A stretch of DNA of 64,000 bases, taken from NCBI RefSeq assembly GCF_018977255.1, contig NW_024704742.1, positions 127,598,001 to 127,662,000 on the forward strand, read 5' to 3'. The notes below the pieces were generated by a model that had not been told where the DNA came from, ran no database searches, and saw nothing but the letters and a program-made list of their open reading frames with translations. Source of the DNA: Callorhinchus milii (Eukaryota). The position numbers and the translations under genes were made by a program. This document shows positions 1-12,435 of the stretch, one piece after another (positions within the stretch are counted from its first letter, which is position 1; every line of letters starts with the position of its first letter).

Positions 1-1249
1 GTTAGCATCCCGGAGCGCTTCAAACCGGAATGAAAGGAACAAATCCAGTTTATGAATATCACATCTTAGACCGTGCTGTTTCTGTCTTTTGTTTTAGTTC
101 TTCAGTTTTTCTTTTCCTTCAGTACAACACTACATTTAAAAAAAATGTTGTTCATTGATACTCTGAAATTTGGCTATAAAAAAAGTCACTATACAAATCC
201 ACTTTACAGTATATCCCGCAAAGTGTTTTGAGATGTCTTGATGATGTGATAAGGGCCTATATAAAATGCATGGATTATTATTATTATTATTGGTAGTAAT
301 TACCTGTGAAGTACTTTCAGATGTTTGAACATGATAAGGCCTGCTAGATAAAGTTTCTATTTACTGAAATAAGCCAGTCGTGTCAATGCTATAGTTCTCG
401 AAACCAAATCAATTTTAATTTTTTCACTTCAGTCAGGAATTGATACAATTGTTTGAAGCAGACAGTACCTCTTCTTTCTGGGTTACCTATATAGATTTTC
501 TGCTGATAATTTCATTCAACAAGACAATCCAAAGGTGGAGTGATATATAAGAGTGCATTTTAATTAGACAGGTTTCCTTCTTTACAATTCTTTTTGATTG
601 CTCCCTCAGCTCTTTAGATTCTGATGTGTGTTTATATGCAAACACAGAAATATAATCAAGTCTAAAGTTGAATATCAAATACAGCAGCAGTTTACAATTA
701 CACAATTACACAATTACAACTTACGGGAAACAGCTAGAAGATTCTTGGCAAATAGCACATCAGAATGAATAATTGTAGTTCATATGTGAATAACACTTGT
801 GATTAAATAGATTAAGAATTAAACTTGTTATAAATAGTATTATATAAAACATTCGAGTGAAAGGGATTCATTCATTTTTTTTGATGCAACATATTCAGGA
901 CATGAATTGGTTTGATGGTCATAGGTCACACAGCAAATGATCTTGAACAAAGTGCGTTTTGTATTTAAATTTGCATTTTGGTTTTAAACAGCGTTAAATT
1001 GAACAAGTTTATAAGAAGGTGATGACCTACAAATTAGTGTTAAATAACTACAACAATGCAAATGTGTTCTGGCCTAGCCCTAAATAAATTAATTTGGTTA
1101 GAACTCTCAGTAACCTAGTTTGCTAATTTCATCCAGCAATTTTATTTCTACATCCTGATTTTCAGCTCCTAGTTTGGGCTGACACTCCAGCAACAACAAC
1201 AACTTGCCCTTCATATTGCTGGGTACAAATTGGTACTTCATTTGCTTCC

Positions 1250-1572
1250 AATATTATAATCATTGCATTTGAAATAGAGCCTTATCACATTTTTGAGACC
1301 TCTCGAAGTGCTTCACAGAACATCCTATAAAGTGAATTGACCGTATATTTTGTGGTTGAAACACGGTAGCCCATTGCGCACAAGTGTCCCACAAACATCG
1401 TGGATTGAATGACTAAATTATTATTTTTAAAAACAACGGGTTCCTAATTACTGCTAGGTAAACAGAAACATGTGGAGTAAGGAAACTTGCCTAAGGTTTT
1501 GTCCTACCTGGGAATCGAGCCTGAGTCCTCTGACTTGCAAGGCGAGTGGTCTAACCAATATGCTGTAGGACT
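1250..1572 (-). mobile_element. SINE family A
   Basis: Reverse complement of the family A head, body and tail. Confidence 0.88.
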
Positions 1573-2432
1573 GTACGAGCCGAACACTAAAAACATCAGT
1601 GCAGATATGCAAGAGTAATTCAATCAATTCTTCCTACTTTAGGTGTCAGCCTAGCTGAGTGGGTAGAACTCTTGCTACTTCTTGGTAAAAGGATTAGGGG
1701 TTCAAGCCCCACATCTGGGTTTGAGCTAAATATCTCAATGATGTGATAAAGTGCTATTAAACTGCAAGGATTATTATTATTGTTATTATAAAACTAGTCA
1801 TCCACTTCATGCAAATCACTGTATGCAAATTGGCTGGTGCATTGAACTACAAATGCATAATCACAACAATTTAGGCAGACATTTTGATGCTGTTTCAAAA
1901 ATACTTTTTATGATCATTATTTTGAGAAGAACTGTCAGTGACAGTAATCTGTGACTCTTTTAGTGTGACCATCTATTCAATCTTATCCAACAGAATTTTC
2001 CAGGTTGCAACAGTACTAATTTTCATTACTGAAGCTCAAAAATGAAATACAGCAAAAAAAACCTTACAAAATAATCAGTTTGTGGATAAATTCAAGCGAT
2101 TGAGGGCAGAGAGGCTGTACTGTCTTATGAGCTATATCAGACAATATCAGACACAGATGACATTTCCTGCACATCACAGTGACATATTCCATCTGTGTTG
2201 CTTATGTGATATGGTAATGGGAGATCAAATGCCATCCCATGAAAGGAACAATCAAAAGGATGGTCGTCCACATGCTGCTGTCATACACTTTGCAGCACTG
2301 ACAGCCTGGAAGCAGATCACCTATCATTCTTGTGGTCCAAAGACGGGGAGACTGGGAGAGAGAAGAGCGTTGCACAAAATTCAAAAAAAACAAAAAGGCT
2401 AAAAGAGAGATTGAGAAATCTGCAAACTTTCA

Positions 2433-2515
<83 letters not shown>
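2433..2515. repeat. Perfect (ATT)n microsatellite, about 27 units
   Basis: Read directly from the sequence. It produces the poly-Y and poly-L ORFs in the track. Confidence 0.98.
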
Positions 2516-2517
<2 letters not shown>

Positions 2518-2925
2518 CAACTGTTGGCTTAGCTGATAGCTCTCTCACCTCACAGGTTTATGGGTTCAAGCTCCACATTGGGACTCCAAACGCATAAACT
2601 CTAGGCCTGCCTCCAGTGTTGGAGGTGTGCTGCATTTGATGAACTGGAGATGAGTTGCTAAACCAAAGACCCATCTGCCTGTTCAGGTGGTCATTAAAGA
2701 TCCCATGGCAATATTTAAAAAGGGGAGGAAGTTTTTGCTGGTGTCCTGGCCAGCAAACCTCTGGATAGAATTGATCATTCACTTCATGGCTGTTTGTGAG
2801 ACATTGTTGTGTGTAAATTGCCGCAAATGTGTTCACCTACAATTTACACAATCATTACACTTTACAGCATATCCTGTGAATGACGTTGAGACATCTTGAT
2901 AGGTGCTGTGTCGAATGTAAGGAAC
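2516..2925 (+). mobile_element. SINE family B
   Basis: Same head, body and tail as 40965-41400. Confidence 0.82.
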
Positions 2926-3009
2926 TTGTATCAGAAAACTTAAATTCAAGATAAAACTCGCATAAGTTGTATTGTAAAAAATGCAATTTAATCAATAATC
3001 TACACTGCG

Positions 3010-3280
3010 CACGCGTAATTCAATGAGGCCGGTAAGTGTGCATGTCACTGCAGCTGGTAAGTGCATGTGGTGACGGGTCAAGACTCCATTTCCCGCGATT
3101 CAATGTGTCTTGACCCGACGCCGCATGTGCACCTTCTGGCAAGCATTGGAATCGCATTGAATCACGGGAAATGAAATTCTGCTACATTTCCTGTGATTCA
3201 ATGCAGCCGGCTGGTAAGTGTACATGTGACGACAAATCAGGACATCATTTCCCGCGATTCAAAGCAGCTGGTAAGTGCAG
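3010..3280. repeat. Mixed direct and inverted short-unit repeat
   Basis: Modules catttcccgcgattcaatg, (ca)gctggtaagtg and gacgggtcaagac recur; the first and third occur in both orientations. Confidence 0.8.
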
Positions 3281-3415
3281 GAAGAATGGAGGACAGGGAA
3301 GTGGCGTTATGATTTAGGCAGTGAATAATACGGGTGGTGCAAAGAAATCTACTGGTTTTGATAGAAAACTGAATGGGATTTGCGTGAATGTACGACTTAG
3401 ACAATTATACAATTT

Positions 3416-3766
3416 GGAGTCCTGCAGCTTAGTAGTTAGAGCATTCGCATCACAAGCGAAAGACATGGGTTGAAACCCCGGGCAGAGCGAAATGTTAGGC
3501 AAGTTTTCTTTACTCCACACGCCTCTGCTTACCTAGAAGTAAGTGGGAACCCGGTTGTTAGTCGATTGGCGGATTGCTTTTCTGGGGGTAATAATCCCTT
3601 AAAAAAAAATTAGCCACTCAATCCATGACTGTATATGGGACACAATTTGTCTCTGGTTTCATCCACAAAATATACAGTCACTACACTTTACAATATATTC
3701 TGTGAAGCACTTTGAGATGTCTCAAAGAGGCGATAAGGCGCTATATTGAAATGCAATGATTATTAT
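3416..3766 (+). mobile_element. SINE family A (tRNA-Ala-like head, CORE-like and Deu-like body, L2-type tail), near full length
   Basis: Head ggagtcctgcagcttagtagttagagc with A/B boxes; ggcaagtt..ttactccacacgcctctg body; tail gtgaagcactttgag...ggcgctat...(ATT)n. Confidence 0.9.
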
Positions 3767-4711
3767 AGTTTATAAAGATAAGACTTTTGCAAGTTTTACT
3801 GTATTTAACAGAGGAAATAGAACACTCTGACTTATGATATAGTGGTCAAATGAAAAATAATCTCTCTGTAAGTTTTTCTTTAAATTGACTTCAAATTTAA
3901 AATGGAATTCAAGAATTTGCCAAATTCTGCAAGTTTTAAAATCATATATAAATAGAGTAAATGGAGACCCAGGTGGGATATTTCTCCACACATATATTTC
4001 TTCTCACAATCATTGGCATCAAAAAGACCTTGGGAGGAAAATAGTTTACCTAATCCAGGCTTTACTTGTCAAACATAAGACTTTTTTCCTGTTTGCATCG
4101 CTGTAAATGTCAACTGTGGTGCAATCTAGTCTATAAAGCTCTATGAACCTATTTGATGTGCTTTTTATTATTGCCTACTTTTCCTACTGCTCCCACTCAC
4201 CAATAGAGCAGATCTTTGTTTTGGTTAATAAATATTCTCTGTCAGATGCTATTTTAGGCAAGACTTCTATGCACGCCTAAAACATTGTACATGCGTTAAA
4301 GTAAGCAAATGAAATATAACAGCATCAAATCATCAGAAGTTCTTCAGGTGAATGGCTATTGAAATACCATACATGGAAAGAACAAGCAGACTAAGACTTG
4401 AAATGTAATGCTCTGAGTTGAGCCATTTGTCATTTTCAAAGCCACAAAATTGAGCTATTTAGATTTTCAGGTGCATTTTAAAATGACGGGGTATTTGAAA
4501 TTACTTGTACTTTCAGATGATGAAGGGGCTGTTACAAAAGGTGATAATATAGTTCAAGCGATTTACAAACTTACCAAGTCACACGAATATTCGTGTTGGT
4601 GCCTCCACCTTTTTTTTTAGCTGCTTTTTAGAAAAAATTGTAAATTATGTATAACCTTTGTGGCTTTCAGATGGTTTAAAAGAATCAGCGCACATGGCTA
4701 TTTGACTTATT

Positions 4712-4881
4712 TATTTACTCAACCCACGACTATTTGTGGGACCCTACTGTGCGCAATTGGCTGCCATGTTTGGCCCACAAAATACACAGTCACTACACTT
4801 GATAATATATTCTGTGACGTGCTTTGAGCTATCCCGACGACGTGATAAGGCGCCATGTCAAATGCAAGAATTATTATTATT
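4712..4881 (+). mobile_element. SINE family A 3' part (similar partial copies near 5295-5440, 6012-6180, 6402-6515, 8335-8500, 27000-27130, 27310-27422, 52250-52410, 58990-59107, 63612-63719)
   Basis: Deu-like segment plus tail without a head. Confidence 0.8.
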
Positions 4882-5429
4882 GTTTTGACGTAAGAGAGTG
4901 TAAGTTATCAACTGAATCGTCAGTCATTGGGATCAGATGTTTTGAGGTTGGTAGAGGATGAGAGCTGTATTGAGTAGTCACTGCAGACCACAGGATCAAG
5001 TTTGCATCTATTTGTTCTTTTAAGTAAAAAATTACATCCATAATGCCGACTTGAAGGAAAACTGCTCCCATGTATTCTATTTTGAGAATGTGATTTCCTC
5101 GCATTGTGTGTTTTGTCAGAAGAGGACGGCCTTCCATTGGAATTCTTAAATAATTTCTAAACTAATTCTTGATTAAGAAATACCTCAAATATATATTCCA
5201 ACATTAGAAGATGTTCTGTGTAGGATTCAGGGCTCCACATCACTCAGATATGCAGTGGTATCACCCTCCATTTTATCTCGTGGAGATTATTTAGGGGAGT
5301 CCTGTAGCTTGGGACACTGCTGTGCGCAATTGGCTGCTGTGTTTCGCCCACAAAATATACAATCAATTCACTTTACAGTATATTCTGTGAAGCGGTTTGA
5401 GATGTCTTGAAGACGTAATAATGCAAAAA

Positions 5430-5600
5430 TTATTATAATATATTATATTTGTTTATTATCTTATAAATTATATGTATTTATTTATTGTTATATTATATAT
5501 AATATAATACATATTATATAATATATAACATAACAATAAATACATATAATTTATAAGATATAATATGTATTATATTATTATATGTATCATTATTATATCT
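5430..5600. repeat. AT-rich low-complexity tract containing a long palindrome
   Basis: Almost pure A/T, with inverted arms at 5458-5500 and 5521-5559. Confidence 0.85.
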
Positions 5601-6804
5601 CAATCATTACTGCTGTTGCTCTGAGAACTTTGTCTAATGTTTCAATGTCCTTTGAAAGGTAAGGGTCCCAATTTAGCACCCAATATTCCAAACCTGGCCT
5701 CATCCCAGAATCTAAACAAGATTCAAATAACTTCTTTTGACATTCAATCAAATGCCCCGAAGATGCAGCCCAGTTTGATTAGTTTTGTTGAGAGCAGCTT
5801 GACATTGACTCTAAATCTTCAGTGAGTGATCAATAATACGGATAATTAAATTAAATCTATTTTTAGCTGAGCTTTAGTCCTCTAGAAATCGTTCACGACT
5901 TGTGCTAAGATTTCTTTCAGATTCCTCAAACTGCTGTAAAACTGATTCATGTTTATGTAACCTCATATTTTTCATGTGTGCTATATAGTTAACAACCTCC
6001 ACAGTAGTAACAATACTAATAATTCTTGCATTTGATATAGTGCCTTAATAAGTCTTTGAGACCTCTCAAAGCTCTTCACAGAATATACTGTAAAGTGAAT
6101 TGACTGACTATTTTGTGGGCAAAATGCGGCAACCAATTGTGCACAGCAGTGTCCCACAAACAGCTGTGGGGTTAAGTGAACATATTATTATTAATAATAA
6201 TAAAAATGATGTGGCTTTTTACTAAACAAAAAATTAGCGAAACATTGAATATTTGTCATATTGATGTGCCAAAGATAGACCATCACACTCCCCAAATGGC
6301 TTTCATGATAATGTCTGTCTTTGGCAAGTTTCAATTCAATGTGAATTCAATGTGTTCATTATAGGGAGGAAGGGTGAATTTGAGCTTGGAACAAGGCGAT
6401 AATAATAATATTAATAATCCTTGCATTTGATAAAGCGCCTTATCATGTCGTTGAGATGTCTCAAGGTGCTTCACAGAATATATTGTAAAGTGAAGTGACT
6501 GTGTATTTTGTGGGTTTTATTATTAAAATAATTAATAATCAAATCATTTCAATTATTAATTATTAATAATACTAAGACCGTCAGGATACTGAGAGACAGA
6601 ACTTCATGAATCCCCCACAATGATTATTAATGACGATTAATGATTAACAATGATTGATTAATAGTGCTTATTAATTAATAATGAATATTATTAATGATTG
6701 ATGATTAGGATACTGAGAGAAAGAACCTCATGAAACCACCAGAAGAAGCAAATGTACTGGTCTTTGGTTTAACTTTTCATCTGAAGGATGTCTTCTCAAC
6801 AATG

Positions 6805-7625
6805 GGTATCACATGAACATAGATTGAAAATTGGCTGAAGGAAAGGAAGCAGATTGTTATTGATAGGAGCTAGGTCAAATGGGGGAGATAATAAGCAGAT
6901 TGTCTCAGAAATCTGGGACCTCCTCTGTTCCTTATACAAATGAATGACTTGGATTCGCAGACCCCGTATAGGATAACTAACTTTACAAATGACACCAAGT
7001 GGGTGGTAATGGGGGAGAGGAGTAGAGAGAAACTATGGAATCTGAGGAGGCAGCAAAAGTTTAACAAAGATAGCTTGATACTGCTATAAACATGGGTTGA
7101 TAACATGGGTTGAAGTTCAATACAGATAGATACAAGATACAACATACAAATAGGAAGCAAGAATAGGATACACATGCTCCATGTATGGGTTAGAATTTAC
7201 CAAAGAGGGAGCTAAATGAAATCTAGGGGTATTGGTCAGCTCATCACCCATCATGTCAAAACATGGGAACAGGAAGACAAGGCCTTGGTTCTGCAGGACA
7301 GAGCCCCAACAAATCCCAACATCCTCCCAGCACTGCATTGGAGTGTTATCTTAGACGACAGGATTTCTAAGTCCTGACGTGGGGCTTGAACCTTCTGATT
7401 TAGAAGTGAGAGTGTTACCAACTGAACCAGGCAGACACACAAAAGAGGACACATGTTTAGGGTTGCAAAGGATAATTTGAGGATATTGACTGGAACAGGT
7501 TGGCAGGAAGAGGAGTTGAGGTCAGGTTGCTGGATTTATTTAAGAAACAGCTTGTTGCTGCGATAGAATGATAGTAGGGTGGATACTCTGGAAGGATAAA
7601 ATCAAATGGCCCGTCTTCATCCAAC
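6805..7625 (+). mobile_element. CR1 LINE 3' fragment with deletions, interrupted by a SINE at about 7270-7437
   Basis: Remnants IENWLKERKQ, LGPPLFLI..NDLD and FTNDTK (FADDTK), followed by the CR1 3' end (gactggaacaggttg...atggcccgtcttc...cttgtgatc). Confidence 0.8.
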
Positions 7626-7710
7626 TCTCTCTTGTGATCATGTGATGTAGAATGCTCTTAATACTCAATTGCAGCATCAATTCAGATTGCAGGTGTCATT
7701 GAAGCTAAAT

Positions 7711-8089
7711 TAATAATAATAATAATTCTTGCATTTAATATAATAATAATCCTTGCATTTGATATAGCGCCTTATCACATCTTCGAGACGTCTCAAAACG
7801 CTTCACAGAATATAATGTTAAGTGCATTGATTGTATATTTTGTCGGAAAAATGCGGCAGCCAACTGTGCACAGCAGTGTCCCACAAACAGTCGTGGATTG
7901 AGTCACCAAATTATTATCCCTGGAAAAGCGATCCACCAATCGACTAACAACCGGGTTCCTACTTACTGCTAGGTAAACAGAGGCATGGGGAGTAAGAAAA
8001 CTTACCTAAGGTTTTGCTCTGCCTAGGAATCGAACTCGGGTCCTCTCACTTGCGAGGCAAGTTCTCTAGCCACTATGCTACAGGACTCC
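7711..8089 (-). mobile_element. SINE family A, full length with duplicated tail end
   Basis: Head ends at ...ctatgctacaggactcc. The tail (taa)n-cttgcattt is present twice, at 7711 and 7741. Confidence 0.92.
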
Positions 8090-8909
8090 ATGTATATTTT
8101 GATGAACTGAATGATCTTAACAAATGCTTGTGATGAGAAGACCCCCTTCTTGAGTTTCAGAACACGCCTGGCAAAATAACAACAACAAAATTACATTTAG
8201 AAAGCACCTTTCATGTCGGAAGGACGTCCCAGAGCATTTACCCTTCTTAATAACTCTGATTCCTAACAGGTCTTTGTTTCAGTACATTTTATAGGTGAAA
8301 ATACCCTTTATACTCTGCAATGAGAGTGAAGAATAGTAATCCTCACATTTGATATAGCCTCTCATCATGTTGCTGAGACATCTCTAGGTGCTTCAAGGAA
8401 TATATTGCAAAGTGGATTGACTATGTATTTTGTGGGCGAAAGGCAGCAGTCAACTGCGCACAGTAGTGTCCCACAAACAGTCGTGGTTTGAGTGACCAGA
8501 TTTTTTTTTACATTACATTCAATTAATTTTTATGTGAGGAACGAAACACAGGCTAGTGTTACTGAACAACACAACATGGACCTCTGTATTCAGAATGGTT
8601 ATTTTAACCTTATTTTGCACATTTTAATTTTGGTGCAGAAATTGATCTTTCAAACCAGTGAGTGATTAGAACAAAATACCAAGCATGTGAATTATCAATA
8701 AATATTGATATTCAATTAATGCAGAGGCTACCTGCAGCTTCAGCTATTTATCTCTCCGTTACAAAAACAGAACGGTATATAATTCTATTAATGTGCACAT
8801 GGTACCGATCTCTATTCGTAACAGTGTTACTGTTAACACTCCTTGTCATGAGAGCAAAATCTTAGCAGAAAATGATGTTCAGGAGTTTCAATAATTGATA
8901 AATTATTAA

Positions 8910-9385
8910 GAATCCTCGCCTTTCACTTCATAAATACGCTTCACAGGAATTATTGTGAAATGCAATGACTGCATATTTGTCAGCGAATGCGGCAGTCAAT
9001 TTATGTACAGCAATGTCTTAAAACTAGCCATCAACTGAATGACCAATTTTTTTCTGGGAAATTGTTGGCCAGCACCCTGGAGGAAATTCCATTCTTTTTT
9101 GATTAGTGCCATAGGATTTTAACATCCACCTGAACAGGCAGACGGAAACCAGATTGAACCTACAAACTCGTTTTGACTCGTTTTATTGTTGGTCAGCCGG
9201 TGTTTGACACATGCAGAAACCCATCACCGTGTCCAAACCAAGCTGAGAATTCCATGCATCCCACCTCCACATGGAAATTCCAGAGATAGATTGCTGGAAT
9301 GGAATGTGCACTCTCTCCCTCGCATCCTGCTTACCTAATTCCGGAAAGAGGCGAGAGTGCTACTAACTGAGCCAGACTGCCACCT
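8910..9385 (-). mobile_element. SINE family B interrupted by an unclassified repeat (about 9170-9347)
   Basis: Family B body, then a foreign segment, then the head gaggcgagagtgctactaactgagccagactgccac. Confidence 0.75.
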
Positions 9386-10168
9386 AAAATATTTTATGCA
9401 TCCAAAATTCAGCTGTTAAAAGCGTTGGCCTGAGAGCATCCTGAGCCAATCTAATGCCTGTTATGCACAAGAAGGATTCCTTGCAATTTCCTTGTCGTGG
9501 GAGCAAAATCTTAGCAGAAAATTATGTTCAGGAGTTTTAATTGTTACATTGTTCAACCATATCAGCACTGAGCTAACATTGCTGTCGATTAGAATTATTC
9601 GAAGTATTTAATTTTTGGACAGATTTTTGCCTGTTTTTGAGCTCTTCAGTAACTGATGTGCCTTACCATTCGGTTGCCAGACTAAAAGCTTATTTTGATT
9701 TGTCGCTTCAGTAAGAGAGATATGAAAGGATTAATACATACAGCTTACCAGACTCCAGGTATCCAGAATTCGTACCCAGCTGGACCAGGTCCGAAACAGA
9801 AAAATTAAAAAAATGTCACGGACCTGGGTGTAGATTCCCGCTGGCTTAACTCTCCTAGCGCTCACCCCCACCTCACTGTCTGCCTCACCATCATTGCTGG
9901 GCTTCAGTGGCCGGGGATATTGACTTTGACTCAGTTTGAATCCCGTAAGCAGCAGATTGCAAACAATTAGACTGCCGGGCCTGGCATTTACTGGCACAAG
10001 CTCGGTCCTGGGATCCGTTACTGTGAAGGGCTCTACGACCCCGTCCGGGGTGGAGGGCGCTATATAAATCCAAGTTGTTGTTGTAGGCTTCTGAAATGTT
10101 GTCCTTGGAATTTAACTTTTTCCATAGGTTGGATGATATGATCTTAATTTGATTTCCTGTATTAGAAG

Positions 10169-11270
10169 AACAACAACAAAATTACATTTGTATTGCGCCT
10201 TTCATGTCGGGAGGATGTCCCAAAGCGCTGGACAGTCAGTGTTTTGGACCCGAGCTGGCGGTCAGGATTGGGGATGGTGGAGGGCAGGGGGGGGAAATAG
10301 GGTGATTGAAAGCACGGTTGAAGTGGAGGGTCTTAAGATGTGTCTTGAAGAAGGCAAGAGAGGGGATGAGGTGGAGGGACTGTGGGATAGAGTTCCAGAG
10401 GGTAGGGTAGAGTGTAGAAGGCCTGCCCACCAATGGTGGGGCAGGCGAGGCAGGGGACGTGAAGCAGGCCGGAGCCCACTGAGCGGAGGGAGCGGGCAGG
10501 ATGGTAGGGGTTTAGGAGGTTGCAGAGGTAGGGGGGTGCAAGGTCATGAAGGGCCTTGAAGGTGAGGCCAGGATCTTGAACTGTATCCTCTGAGTGATGG
10601 GAAGCCAGTGGAGATGGGCGGGATGGGGAGATAGGGTCACGAAGTCTGCTGTTGGAGAGGACACGGGCTGCAGAGCACTGGATGATTTACAGCATATGGA
10701 GGGAGGAGTTGGGGAGGCCGACAAACAAGGAGTTCGCATAGTGAAGCCTCGATGTTATGCATGTATGAGGGTTTCGGTGGCCTGTGGTGTGAGACAGTGG
10801 TGGAGTCGGGCAATGTTGTGGAGGTGGGCGAAGGCAGAACGGGTTATGGCAATGATGTGGTGTACAAAGGATAGTTGAGGGTCAAACAAGATGCCAAAGT
10901 TCCGAACTGGCTTAGCAAGGTGGAGTCTGTAACCATGGATGGTGATGCTGTCAGCGCCTAATGTGTGGAGGCGCTGATGGGAGCCAATCAGCAGAGCCTC
11001 CGTCTTGTTGACGTTCAACTGAAGAAAGTTGGCTATCATCCAGGACTTGATGTCTGACCGACATTCTGTCAGGACAGCAGTGTTCCTGGAGTCAAGGATG
11101 TAGGCAGAGAAATAGAGTTGGATGTCATCCGCATACATGTGGAAGTTGACCCCAAGTCTGCGGATGGTGTCACCAAGTGGGAGCATATAGATGTTGAAGA
11201 GGAGGGGACCAAGGTCAGAGCCCTGAGGAACACCGCACAAGATGGGCTAGAGAAGAAACCGTTTGAAATC
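10169..11270 (-). mobile_element. L2 LINE, 5'-truncated (RT domain to 3' tail)
   Basis: ORF 10755-11240 reads [21 protein letters not shown]...YADD...LQLNVNKTE. Downstream is LHWLPITQRIQFKI, then the stem-loop tail with (TTG)n at 10169-10230. Confidence 0.95.
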
Positions 11271-11606
11271 ATTGTGGTAATTCTATGAGAACATTTCCAT
11301 TAGTTATGTTTACTTTGGGTTCAGTGACTTAAACTATGTTGTGAAATGGTAACATCTACAGTTAATTTGATACTCAGGAATAAATACTAGTTTTTGTTTA
11401 TTGCTGTATGTTTACCACATCAATTACAAGTGTAATTAGCTGATGGTGTCTTAATGGACCACATCTCTTGTGTCTTATTGGACAACATGAAACATGTTAG
11501 AAGAGTTGATATCAACCAAACTGAGACACTGCACAATTGATAAGATAATGAATCTCAGACTAGCTTTAATGTTCAACTTTAAATTCTACCTTATTCATTT
11601 TTTTTC

Positions 11607-11900
11607 GTGTCAGCCTGGCTCAGTTGGTGGAACTCTAGACTGAGTCGGAAGAGTGTAGATTAGACTGACACTCCAATTCTGTACTGGGGAGTGCTACATT
11701 ATTGGAGATACTATCTCTCAGATGAGATGTTAAACCAAGGTCCCGTCTGTCTATTCAGGTGAATGTTAAAGATCCCAGAGCACTTACTTCCACAAATTGG
11801 TTGCCACCCATGACTACAAAATACAATTGAGAACACCTTAAAGGTTAAATTCTTTGAGATGAACTCCCAAAACGAAATCAAATACAAGGATTCTCATTAT
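11607..11900 (+). mobile_element. SINE family B with internal deletions
   Basis: gtgtcagcctggctcagttgg head and gatgagatgttaaaccaagg body. Confidence 0.8.
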
Positions 11901-12116
11901 TAAAAACCCATGTTGACATTTACAAATAACATTACAATATTCTTTGCTATTACTTTGACAATTATGCACATCCCTTGAGTCATAAAGTATTGATTACAAC
12001 ATTTACTGCTATGAAATTAGAGATACGATAATGATTTATGAACCTGTTTTGTAAGGATCCCATTTATTCACAAATCAATCAGTATGAGATGGATGCTGCT
12101 GTGTCCAAAAGTTTAG

Positions 12117-12435
12117 CTTGTGAGGCGAGTGCTCTAACCACTGAGCTGCAGGACTCCACTGTAGCTCAGTGGTTAGAGCATTCCTGGCAGATCAAAACCT
12201 TGGGTAAGTTTCCTTACTCCACACGCCTGATAATAATCCCTCAAGAGAAAAAAAATAATTTGGTCAATCAATCCACGACTGTTTGTGAGACACTGCTGTG
12301 CGCAAGTGGCTGCGCGTTTCGCTCACAAATATATAGTCAATACACTTTACAGTATATTCTGTAAAGCACTTTGAGTCGCCTAGAAGACGTGAAAAGCACT
12401 ATATCAAATGCAAGGATTAATATTATTATTATTAT
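12117..12435 (+). mobile_element. SINE family A with inverted duplicated head
   Basis: An antisense head at 12117-12158 abuts the sense head from 12159, followed by body and (ATT)n tail. Confidence 0.88.

Noticed and set aside
2330..2536. Poly-Tyr and poly-Leu ORFs
   Set aside because: They are translations of the (ATT)n microsatellite.
3010..3280. CRISPR-like array
   Set aside because: The units are irregular and in both orientations with no unique spacers, and the context is vertebrate.
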